A stretch of DNA of 64,000 nucleotides from Antedon mediterranea. Taxonomy: Eukaryota > Animalia > Echinodermata. Every line of letters begins with the position of its first letter. Position 1 is the stretch's first letter. The notes under the pieces were generated by a model. The model made no database searches. It worked only from the letters and a program-made list of their open reading frames with translations, and was not told the DNA's origin. The position numbers and the translations under genes are program-made. This document shows, one piece after another, positions 52,083 to 64,000 of this stretch. Location of the stretch: NCBI RefSeq assembly GCF_964355755.1, contig NC_092675.1:21672912-21736911 (forward strand), read 5' to 3'.

Positions 52083-55000
52083 AATAATTTCCTCCTGCCG
52101 CATTGCACCATTTCTGTAGCAATTAGATGTAAAACTAAAAATATTAATACTTTGAAACTTTTTTAATCAAGCTTTTTATGGAAAATCCATTACTAGTAAT
52201 AATTATACCATTATTGAACTAACTTTGATGGGATCAAATACAAAATAATACATTTAAATTTAGTTAGTTGAAATAGAAATTAGTCCAGCTTTCTGTTTTA
52301 GACATTGTGGACTGAATCACAGCATACAGTAAGTATTGACCCATGGTATAGGAGGAGATAGGGTACAACATTTGGAACTACAGCTATTTAATATAAAATA
52401 GCTAAAACCCATCCTACGTTTTCATTAAAGATAACAATAATAATTTTTAAATAAAAATGATCTATTCTTAAACTGATAAAGTATACACATATAGAACCCT
52501 ATCAAGAGGATGCCTTCAGTTTAAATAGGGTGTACATTATGCCAGTTTTGAACCTTGTACAGTATTACCTCTCTTTGTTTGATAGGAAAGTGTCCCCTTG
52601 ATAGGGGTGTCCCAAAGGATGTTATTTTGTATACTGATGTGTCTTTTAGCAGTTTTTACTTGTGTTTTCAGATTTTAACTGATTTAAAATTGATTTTTTC
52701 TATGAAGAAAACGTTTTGCTCTTTATCTACCGATGGGTATTAATGCCACACACAGTGACGTAGAAAGCAATTCATATGTCTAAATATAGTTTTTGTTTTC
52801 CAATCTTGTACTGCAATTGCATGAGTTATTTATGGCTTAATTTTGTTTTGAAATATTAATATCTTTTTTAAATTGCCATTTGGATGACATAGTACAAAGT
52901 GCATTGACGTCATTTTACTATCATAAAAATAACTTTGGAGTCATTTACCGATTTTTATTTTATTTAATAAAAATGCTTTATGAGAAGAAATCCTGGATAC
53001 ATAGGGCATAGTAATTGTGATTGTGTAAAGTAATAGTTCTTCCAATAGAAATAATTTTAAATAGGTATTAATGTAATGAACATTTCCAATCTATCAGGAA
53101 TAATTATTTAATTCACATCATTTTTTTTTTTAATCTATAAATAAATGAATTTAAATAGAATAAATAAACACCAATGATTCTGAAAGATACTAGACCTAAA
53201 ACAATAAAATTATTGGTTATTTGCACAAGTGGGACTCGAACACATCACTTCCAGTCTAGTGGTTATCCCATAGACCACTTTGTTTGATCTAAAGTACTGT
53301 AGTAGAGCTTTAAAAAATAGAGAGTACTGCACCAATATTTATAGTCAATAGTTGCACAATTTTTTTTTTTACGATGACTTAATACTATAGTTTTACAGAT
53401 AGTTTTTCAATGATCGATTAGTGAAATTTCAAAAATTAAAATTTGAAATTTGTTTTCTGCTTTATCATGATGATTCACTGTCATTGTAAACATCAATATA
53501 CATTTATAATTAATTAAACAAAATTAATAAAAATGTTTCTTTACGTATTTCAAGAGATGAGTCATTATCATCAGTTTATTGATTGATTATTTTTCCATAG
53601 TTTTCTTACATTATATTGTGCATGACTCACAATAACAATGATCCAAGTACGTCATCAAGCTTTATCATCATTGTTGATAATCTTATTAATATTGATTGAT
53701 AGTAATCATAGAGATTAATTATAATTACTTACTGAGTAATTACAGGCTGATTGAATACGTTCGCGTGGCGTTATACTGTACTTTTACATCTGCATGGGCA
53801 ACTTACAATTCAAGGTTATCGGCTCACATGGAATAAGTAAACAGATATATATATTAGAGTTGTAGCATGGTGATTAAGATCAATTATATGGTCCTGGGTT
53901 CAAATCCTGTCACATGTCTTATGACAAAAAAAACCTCCACTTAAATGAGTTAAGACTTTAAATGATATTTTTTAGTATCATGGATATTAATATATTATTT
54001 AGACCTGGATAATCAAAATATTTAACAAAAATCTCCATTTTTAAACCAGCTTGGCCATTCTATGCAGGGAGATGAATCTCTCCCTGCTCTATGTGTGCCT
54101 GTGAATAAACAAAAACAATTTTGAGGCCCAAATTATAACATGTGCATTGAAGAAGTTGAGATATTTTTATATTTAAAAAAAACACTAAGAATACAAACTT
54201 GATAAAAACAATTACATATGGCCTTGAATTACTTTGGTCCCGACTTTGGTACGAATAAAATTATAGATTACAACATTTTGTTGTTGCAAATTGCATGTAT
54301 TTCTGTCATCTCTGATCATTGTTTATCTTGTTATGGATGAGTGATTTTCACACCTAGTAGGAAAAGAACATGATCATAAAACTGATCATTAAAGATGTAC
54401 AGTGACCATTCATAGCTCGTTAAATTGTTAATTATGTGCAGCATTATAAAAATAATGAATGTTTATGAGATGAATGATGAGAATATTTTCATGAGTTGGA
54501 AATTTACTGTCTTCTATTCAATGAACCAAACGCGAGGTAAACAAAACAGCGCTGGGCAACTGTAGGTAAACGCAAGAGGTCAAGGAAGTTTCTTATGTTC
54601 AGATGTGAATTAGTAATTTAGCAAAACATGGAGACAACGAAACGATCTCTTGGCTTCGCCATGATTTCAAAAACACACTTTAAATCTTATCCCAAGGGGT
54701 TTTTCTACTTCATATCTATCCGTGTAAACCAGTTCTAGTTGTCGCTTCTTTCTATAATCTCACCTGTTTCAATAATGCTGCAGTAGCACTGTGAAACATC
54801 AGTAACCGGCGCTATATTAATCTTTATTATTTTTAACTTTAACTATTAACAATAACCTATCGTCCAACTTTTTTTATAATATAATCCTATGCTATAATAT
54901 TGTTGTTGGTGTGGGTGGGGTTTCCCCTAAATTTAAGAAAATACTATCAAAGTTCAGTTTGTTGTCATTTGTTTATTTTGTTTTCAGGTTCACCATTTCT

Positions 55001-55563
55001 AGGACCAATATTGTATAACCTAACCTATTAATTATGTTTTTAATAACTTTTGGATGACGTGTTTAAAAATGTTTTCAATTTATTGTTTATCATTTTAAGA
55101 GAAATAGCAGATAGTCTCCTGGGTCTAATAAAATCATCAAAAGCTATCTATTCAGACTTCAAAATTCATAACAGATTTGGAACACTGGTCATTTATTGTA
55201 AAAGTAATTTTTTTTCATGAGAATTCATTATTTTAGATTTATTCAAAATTTGTTGTATGACATGGTTCCAGAACTCCATTTCTTAGATCGGCTTGTGTCA
55301 CTTATTTGAACTTCTTTTTTATTTTAGAGGCATTTATATTTATTTAAGAAAAAAATTCTTTTATAATTTTATCTTTTGCTCTGTAGTTTTTGTCAGCTAA
55401 TAGGCTAAAGAATTCAATAAAATAAAATATATTTACTAAATATAATTTTTGGCTAAGCAGAAATGCAAAATAATTTTATATCATTTACTTAATAAATTAA
55501 AAAAATCCCTTTTCTTTTTATACCAATAAAAATTTATCAAAGTTAAATTTAATTATTTTTCAG

Positions 55564-55691
55564 ATTAAAGCCGCCTGAAATTGAAGTGAATGGTGTGCGT
55601 GAAGTACCGCAGGTTATTGAAAAAAAAATGGGATCGTCAGAATATGATATAATAAAGCAACGGTACCACCTGAAAGAAACCGTTGGCTCAG
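55564..55691 (+). CDS. MELK: MELK coding exon A; canonical Met at 55628 (MGSSEYDIIKQRYHLKETVGSG), frame open back to the acceptor (LKPPEIEVNGVREVPQVIEKK)
   Basis: tttttcag acceptor at 55563, donor G|GTACGT at 55692 (phase 1); peptide resembles the MELK N-terminus Y.L.ET.G.G. Confidence 0.9.
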
Positions 55692-56278
55692 GTACGTCAG
55701 TTAACATACTCATGTTAGTGTAGGGTGGTAGGGAATAGAGGTGGGCTGAATTAAAAATGCTAAATTATGAAGAAATATTTGTTTACTTCAATTTTAGGTG
55801 GGGAAATTAATTGACTTTTTTTTAGTTGCTGTTATGAGTAATTAATTTTATGCAATTTAAATTATCAATTTTCATCTACATAAAGTCAATCAAATGTGAT
55901 CAATAACTTTGTAGTCTAATCGTTTTAACATTGTTTACTTTAGATAATTTTCAAGGTTTCTCTCCAGTCACAGTGTCTATTAATTTGTAGCACTTTAGCA
56001 TTTGCGATATAAGCTTATTTGTTCCACTTAATTTTACCTTTAAAGACAGTTCAAATTTAGTAGAACGCGTATCTTCAACTTCACGCGAGCATGTTTACTT
56101 TCTTAACAGAGTGAATTAATATCAAATTTCAATAAATTATTCATCTTTATTTAGAATATTTTAATTAATTTAATTAATAAAGGGCTTTAAGTTTGATTGC
56201 TTAGTTGTTTGTACCCTGGTGGTCTTGATTATCTTCTGGCCACTCATAGTTTAAGCAGTCTTTTCTGATTTTTTACTA

Positions 56279-57330
56279 GTCTTGGTGAGGTCTTAGTTAT
56301 CTGGTCTCTGGAAAGTCTTATAGTTATTTAGTATCAGCAGTTTTGGTATCTGGTCTTGTACTAGTGTACAGTCTTGTTATCTGGTCTCTGGAAAGTCTTA
56401 TAGTTATTTAGTGTCAGCAGTTTTGGTATCTGGTCTTGTACTAGTGTACAGTCTTGTTATCTGGTCTCTGGAAAGTCTTATAGTTATCTAGTGTCAGCAG
56501 TTTTAGTATATGGTCTTGTACTACTGTACAGTCTTGGTGAGGTCTTGTTATCTGGTCTCTGGAAAGTCTTATAGTTATCTAGTGTCAGCAGTTTTGGTAT
56601 CTGGTCTTGTACTACTGTACAGTCTTGGTGAGGTCTTGTTATCTGGTCTCTGGAAAGTCTTATAGTTATCTAGTGTCAGCAGTTTTGGTATCTTGTCTTG
56701 TACTACTGTACAGTCTTGGTGAGGTCTTGTTATCTGGTCTCTGGAAAGTCTTATAGTTATCTAGTGTCAGCAGTTTTGTTATCTGGTCTTGTACTACTGT
56801 ACAGTCTTGGTGAGGTCTTAGTTATCTGGTCTCTGGAAAGTCTTATAGTTATCTAGTGTCAGCAGTTTTGGTATCTGGTCTTGTACTACTGTACAGTCTT
56901 GGTGAGGTCTTGTTATCTGGTCTCTGGAAAGTCTTATAGTTATCTAGTGTCAGCAGTTTTGTTATCTGGTCTTGTACTACTGTACAGTCTTGGTGAGGTC
57001 TTGTTATCTGGTTTCTGGAAAGTCTTATAGTTATTTAGTGTCAGCAGTTTTAGTATCTGGTCTTGTACTACTGTACAGTCTTGGTGAGGTCTTGTTATCT
57101 GGTCTCTGGAAGGTCTTATAGTTATCTAGTGTCAGCAGTTTTGGTATCTGGTCTTGTACTACTGTACAGTCTTGGTGAGGTCTTGTTATCTGGTCTCTGG
57201 AAAGTCTTATAGTTATTTAGTGTCAGCAGTTTTAGTATCTGGTCTTGTACTACTGTACAGTCTTGGTGAGGTCTTCGTTATCCAGTTTCTGGAAAGTCTT
57301 TAGTTATCTAGTTTCAACAGTCTTGGTGAA
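56279..57330. repeat. Intronic minisatellite, 91-bp unit (first two units 80 bp), ~12 copies
   Basis: GGAAAGTCTT at 56310, 56390, 56470, 56561, 56652, 56743... Confidence 0.95.
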
Positions 57331-58905
57331 GTTTTCGTTACTATCTGATCACATCAATGTATAGATATATTCTAATAATCATTTGAGAAAATTAATCGAT
57401 GAAATTAATATACAAATGTTGAATAAACTTAAAGGAGCTTCAAGTTTTTCCTAATGTCATTATAAGGTAAAATGTAATCTATCGTCTATAGATTGATCTG
57501 AGCAAAATTTACATATTCTATCATTTTTTTTCACTCTGCCTTTCTATATTTCTAATTGTCTGAATACCAATTCAAATTTATATTATCAACTTTTGACATA
57601 AGTAAACGATTTTCTAAATTAAAGAAAATGTTAGTATTTTAAATTTTATTCTGAAATAAATTTTGTTTGAATTTTAAGTGTGATCTAACGTCTTTCAGTA
57701 CTCCTTCATAGTAGCTATAATGAGAGATATGTTTTTTTTTTGTGTCAGTTTTCATAATTCTAAAGAAAATTTAATGCATCAAGGTTACATTTATTAAAAG
57801 GTAACAAATATAATTTAATAAAACCAGCAAGCAAGATACAAAAGAGATTAAAATAGGGTTGTGTATATGATTGAAATTTGTAATTATAAATATTCATCTC
57901 AATTTAATTCACTGCAAATATTTTGTACAATACGCCAAGGTTGTGTATGATGTTTTGAAAAATTGTTAATAATAAATTTACCAATATTTGTTTAATAACA
58001 GTTGCAATATAAAAGAAAATATAATTCTAATTTTATCTTTAAATCTTTAAAATTAAAGTTTATATCATCACTTGAAGATTATCTTTACAATAAAAACAAT
58101 TCCTACAGAAATAGATTTATTCCTCAAACTTATTAATAGATTCTCCAAAACCATCATATTTTTTTAACGATTGCAATTGCAATAAAAGATCAAATTAATT
58201 TTAATATTATCTACAGAAAATTTCTGTAAAGATATTCTTAAAACCTATTAATGCATGCTTCGTGTTATTTAATGTTGTACATGAATTTATTTACTACATT
58301 AGAAAACTTGCCGACTACTGTATGTGTACTGAATAAATACATGAAATTGTGACTTGAACGCTTACAGCTAAATTGAGTTTTATTAATTTGTTACGACGTG
58401 AAATCACATGTCATATTATGCATACGCATTTAGCAGTATCATTACCATGGTTGTTACTACAATTAATGTTTGTAATAAATGTATCTTTAGCAGTTCTAGA
58501 TGACGTCTACATTCTATTTACACGGTCTATTTCTAATTTAGCTCTCTGTAGGTAGATGTTAAAAATAGATATTTTCTGTGGTCAGAAAACAGAAACAGAA
58601 ATCATAAAACAGAAACATACATTTTTTTTTGCCATTTTAACGTCACATAGTTATTCACTTTGACCAAAATTAGATTAACAAAAATTATTTACATTAAAAA
58701 ACTGTATGAATTCAATCAATATTTTTTCCTTTATTAAAACTGCAAAATGACATTTTCAAAATCTGATTTTCTTAAATTAAATTAAGATTAATCTTATTTT
58801 GTTTAGGGTTTTGATCTTTAATACAGAGCTCTATTAAACACTTCTAAATCTAATGTCAACACATATTTGTAAAAAAAAATGATAAAAGTGTTTCAATTTC
58901 ACTGA

Positions 58906-59139
<234 letters not shown>

Positions 59140-59498
59140 TAGAAATCATTAAATTCACAAGTATGTGTACATAGGTACGCATAATTGTTACAATTACATA
59201 CTCTATTTGTATGAAAGCTGCAAAAATATTCAATATTCTATTTTCCTTGTACTTGTGCATAGGAAATCATTATCTTTTTCATGATTAAATTTCAGTTGCT
59301 AAACAAAAAGTATTTCAACCATCTTGTCTGGTTTGTTGTTGTTGTTCAGAAAAAGAATATACCAATGACATCAAAATAGTTTAATTAGATCTTGTAATTA
59401 TCTGTATATTTAATTCAATATCTTCTCTCAGTCTAATTGTTCTGTATATCTTTCCAGAAAAGACCAACAATGTTCTATGTTTTATTTTATTTGTGTAG

Positions 59499-59678
<180 letters not shown>

Positions 59679-60534
59679 TAGGGAACACTTTCGAAATGAG
59701 GGGGCTATATGTATGTGTATATATGTAGCATATCCCTATTTAGAGAGCACATTTTTGTGTTCTGAAAATGGGTCTCCTTATTAGTGTCCTACTGTAATAA
59801 TTTTCTGCAAAATGATTCTGTATTTGTATGATTGCTTTTAGATTTTTTATTATTTTGCTTCATAATGAGGCAGAATAATTTGTACCTTGAAATTTTACAA
59901 ATAATACCATTGTCATCTATAAAAAAAATTGAATCTTGAAAAAAAAAATTGAATCTTGGAAAAAAAGCTAGGATTTTGTAGCCTCTTTTCCCATCATATT
60001 TATCAACTAACCTGTTTGTTTACTATAGAACAAAAATTGATATTGTTTTCTTGCTGTCTACCCAACTGAACCCTTGGCATTTAGCAAAACATGAATAGTT
60101 GATCTAAGTAGCACCCACCCTTAATAATACAGTCTCATTTTTAACCTCTGGTATTTAAAAATACACGCAAGAAATACTAAACGTCGCCCACCCCCTATCG
60201 AGTTGCTGAGTATCCTTTCATATGACTATCATGTGATGAAGCAGTTGTTGATACTGAACGCATTGCGATATCTCCACCCTGCTAGGCTTTAACTTGTTTG
60301 TACACCTGGAGAAAATGAAAATACTACAGAGATAATGTTAATTGGAGAGTGTGTTCATAATTCTGTCTCTCCGTTGCATTTAAATTGACCTTGTAAATCA
60401 AGGCTTAAATAGTTATGTTCTTTAAAAACAGAAATCTGGCGTCTGGATTATATATATGAAGTATATGTACACTGAAAATGATAGACAAAATAATAGCTAA
60501 TTTGCTGATCTTGTGTAAATTTATATAATATAAG

Positions 60535-60699
60535 ACTTGCACTGATGAAGGGCTAGTGTTGGCCAAAAGCTCTGCTAATTTTTCTACCTGTTTTACTTTA
60601 TTGTTCTGATTTATCTTTTTGGTCTTTTTTATTTTTCCAGCCAGTGATACCCAGAGAATTGTCTTTTTTTCAGTAATTTACCTTTGGATTTATAATATA
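60535..60699 (+). mobile_element. Penelope-like terminal fragment with a disabled hammerhead motif, inside a MELK intron
   Basis: Homologous to 25225-25403 (-); CTGATGA at 60542 intact but GCCCGAAA is replaced by GGCCAAAA. Confidence 0.65.
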
Positions 60700-60945
60700 A
60701 GCCTAATATATATTTTAATCAGGGAAGAGTGAAATTACAATTTTGTATTGTGTATAAATTTCGACAAATACAAACTCTGAATACAAATGTGAATGGTTCC
60801 GAGTTTCATTATGCACTTTTGCCTGAAGACACAATCTTATTTCATTTATAATGTACATATATAAAACTTATACTTAGATATTATCGTTATTATTATTAGC
60901 ATTATTATTATTATGATAAACAATAGATTTACAATAATTGATTAA

Positions 60946-61134
<189 letters not shown>

Positions 61135-62269
61135 TAATTTGTTTTATTATTATTATTATTATTATTATTATATTAATTTATCTTGTAAAGATATTAAACT
61201 TTGATTACCATTAGGTGGTTTTGTATGTATTGACCCTCAAAACATGAACAATAAAATCAAACTTTTAATTTAGGTGACATAAAAAAAACATCCAATTCTA
61301 TTGTTTACTTATTTTTTCAGAACATATCTTTAAATCATCAGTATAAATCATTTTTCACTAATTATTTCAATTTATAATGTTTTTTTATTATCAAAGAATT
61401 TTATTTAAGTAGGGAAGTAATCATTTTAATCCTAGACATCTTTTATTTTAATATTAGTTTATTTTTCTAAACAATCTACATTATTTTATTAAATAAGTTT
61501 ATATTGCTTTTATGGGATATTTCACAATTCCTTGGTTTTCAGTGAATGAAAAGGTCATACTGTATGAATGCAATATTTTTCAAATACTGTATGAAGCAAT
61601 TTGGTTTTTCATGAAGATGTTAAAATCGCAAAGTAGAATTTAAATAAGTATTTAATGCTTCAGCCTGTGAATTATAAATACAACATAGATTAGAAAACAT
61701 ATTGTATGTAATTACCATATTTTTATTGTTTCAATAAAATTGAGAATAAATTTGAGTTGAGTTTATTGTCAAGTTTAAATGTTTAAAGATACTTAATTAT
61801 CCTGTTTAAAAAAAATGTTGTACCTGAAAAAATGTAATTTAAAGAAGGGAAATGGTCAACAAGAAGACATTTAATGCAATTTAAAAGATTGTTTTACACA
61901 TTATTTTTATTTTATTGTTTAGTTGGAAAATGAGATTACTATAAACTGCAATTAAATAAATATGGCAATTTTAATGAGTTTTATGAAGATTCAGAACTTG
62001 TTGGATTTCACTTTAATTTGGCATGAGTGCCATAATTAACAAACAATCAGAACATAATAAGGTACAATTATTATTTTAAAAAACAAGGACATTCACGACG
62101 CACATAAAGAAACTATTTATAGAAGAGTTATAATTGATATAAACAACAGAGATATCATGCGTCATATGTTCTGAATCAGTACGATTTACGTTTGTTTTTT
62201 GGTTTTTTTTTCCATTAAGAAGATGATGTCATTGACATATATAATAGCTATATTTATTTTGTCCTTCAG

Positions 62270-62338
62270 GAGAATCTATTATTGGATGAGGAGCAGAGTT
62301 TGAAGTTGATTGATTTCGGGTTAGCTGCAAAACCAAAG
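62270..62338 (+). CDS. MELK: MELK coding exon E (ENLLLDEEQSLKLIDFGLAAKPK)
   Basis: ccttcag acceptor, AAG|GTAATG donor, 69 nt; DFG motif. Confidence 0.98.
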
Positions 62339-62811
62339 GTAATGAATCTTTGTTTTGGGTCTTTGATGTACTCGTAATTCTTTATGTCATTGTTACGTGA
62401 CTAAACGTGTGATAACGTGTGTTGTACAGACGTTGATGCAAAAACAGATATAGCAAAGCTAGTAAATAGATCAATTAAAACATTGAAAACGAATTAATAT
62501 TTATCAGAATCAAAGTAGTCTATGATAATGATAAGTTTTGTTCACTTTTTAAATGTTATACTAATAATATAAGATAGAAAGGAATAAATATTTATAACCG
62601 AGCCTAATGCTAGACTGAGGGTACGTGTAATAATTATAAATGTACTTTTTTTTTAGTTGCATAATGTGCCCTAGGTTGTAGATTTTTAGGTTTATCTCCA
62701 ATTTGTGTAATGTCATTTGTGATTCGAGTGATAAGAACAAATTTCATTGATCCATGACTGCTTACGGGAATACAATGAACATGCACAACAAACATTAGTT
62801 TCAAGACGGTA

Positions 62812-62907
62812 GATGAAGAGGATGATAATTTAACAGACCATGACGTTTGTGGAATGTGGACAGAATACATGCCCCACTTATCATGGTCTGTTAAATTACT
62901 CCTCATC
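62812..62907. other. Intronic long hairpin
   Basis: Perfect 18-bp inverted repeat TAATTTAACAGACCATGA (62826-62843) / TCATGGTCTGTTAAATTA (62881-62898) with further imperfect pairing inside and outside. Confidence 0.7.
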
Positions 62908-63131
62908 CCAAAATTTAGGTTCGCTATTAAGAAAAGGAAAAATTTATGGAAAATATAGAACCAATTAATAAATTCTATCAGAAAGTAGTATATTGCAGAA
63001 CAGACCCTCACTGAATCATACACGTCTCCTTGTTTTATAATAAATGTTTTAAAAATATCAGAATATGGATTAAATAACACATTTCTTTATATGCAATATC
63101 ATTGCTTTAATATTTATAACATTTTTTATAG

Positions 63132-63404
<273 letters not shown>

Positions 63405-64000
63405 TAGATATACAGAAAGTCTGAAATTAAGCATGATATCCCTGTTCTTGAATCTCAATTTTTGCGGAAATTAAGATTTTGTCAGAAGTATCGTGGAAAC
63501 AATGGTTATGTTTTTAGTTGCATCAGCCAATTAGAAAGCAGAACATTGTTTTGACCAAATGACCTAATTTATTTTACCAGTACTAATATTTGTTATTTGA
63601 TGCTATATTAAGACAAACTTTTGAAACCACAACCAGAATGAAATTTTATCCATGTCCAGAAATGAAAGAGACATTGTCATCATCATCTTTATCATCTTTA
63701 ATGTCACGTAATTTTAAATAATTTTCATTAAAGCAATTAATTAGAATTAATTAATTAAAAATATTTTTGAAAATACATAAAAGACAAATGATTTTGTGTC
63801 TAGGATTATGTTCTGATTCTAAAAGAATATCGATAATGATTCCAAACTGAATATTTTGGAATTTAAAAACGAAATATTTGCAGAAACTGAATGCACTTAG
63901 TTATGCCCTGCAGCGTGTGCATCTAGTCTATAGTTATTTGATTTGTTACAATGATTGCAGCAATAATCAAAACTACTTAGGGGATTAAAGCGAATTTCGC

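Noticed and set aside
54970-55030. Strong acceptor TTGTTTTCAG at 54988 as an extra exon
   Set aside because: No matching donor or open frame found downstream.
62634-63080. 148-aa minus-strand ORF
   Set aside because: Antisense within a MELK intron, no recognisable motif.

Overview
AT-rich (roughly 30% GC by eye) eukaryotic, invertebrate-type animal DNA; not prokaryotic, and there is no CRISPR array or rRNA. The only protein gene I can identify with confidence is MELK (AMPK-related kinase), on the + strand. Six GT-AG coding exons (55564/55628-55691, 58928-59013, 59499-59615, 60961-61104, 62270-62338, 63132-63392) splice in frame into most of the kinase domain, and the gene continues past the window. 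A motif-rich, probably bidirectional promoter at ~1140-1345 gives a non-coding + strand first exon, possibly MELK's, which would imply a ~54 kb first intron. It also gives a minus-strand first exon (MASDFE|GT) of an unidentified gene. The frame upstream of the canonical MELK Met is open back to the acceptor. The long upstream region contains several ATG...GTAAG mini-exons in the matching phase (best: 28327-28391, 43937-44004, 51396-51430), suggesting an array of alternative first exons that give MELK different N-termini. The rest is TE debris: Tc2/pogo, Harbinger (with Myb/SANT remnant), Kolobok-, ISL2EU- and hAT/P-like MITEs, a complete non-autonomous Helitron, a Helentron-type element, SINEs, LINE 3' ends, Penelope-like hammerhead ribozyme segments and four minisatellites. 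There is also a strong excess of TACAGTA/TACTGTA and TAGGCCTA words that look like transposon excision footprints. Almost all entries in the ORF track are spurious.
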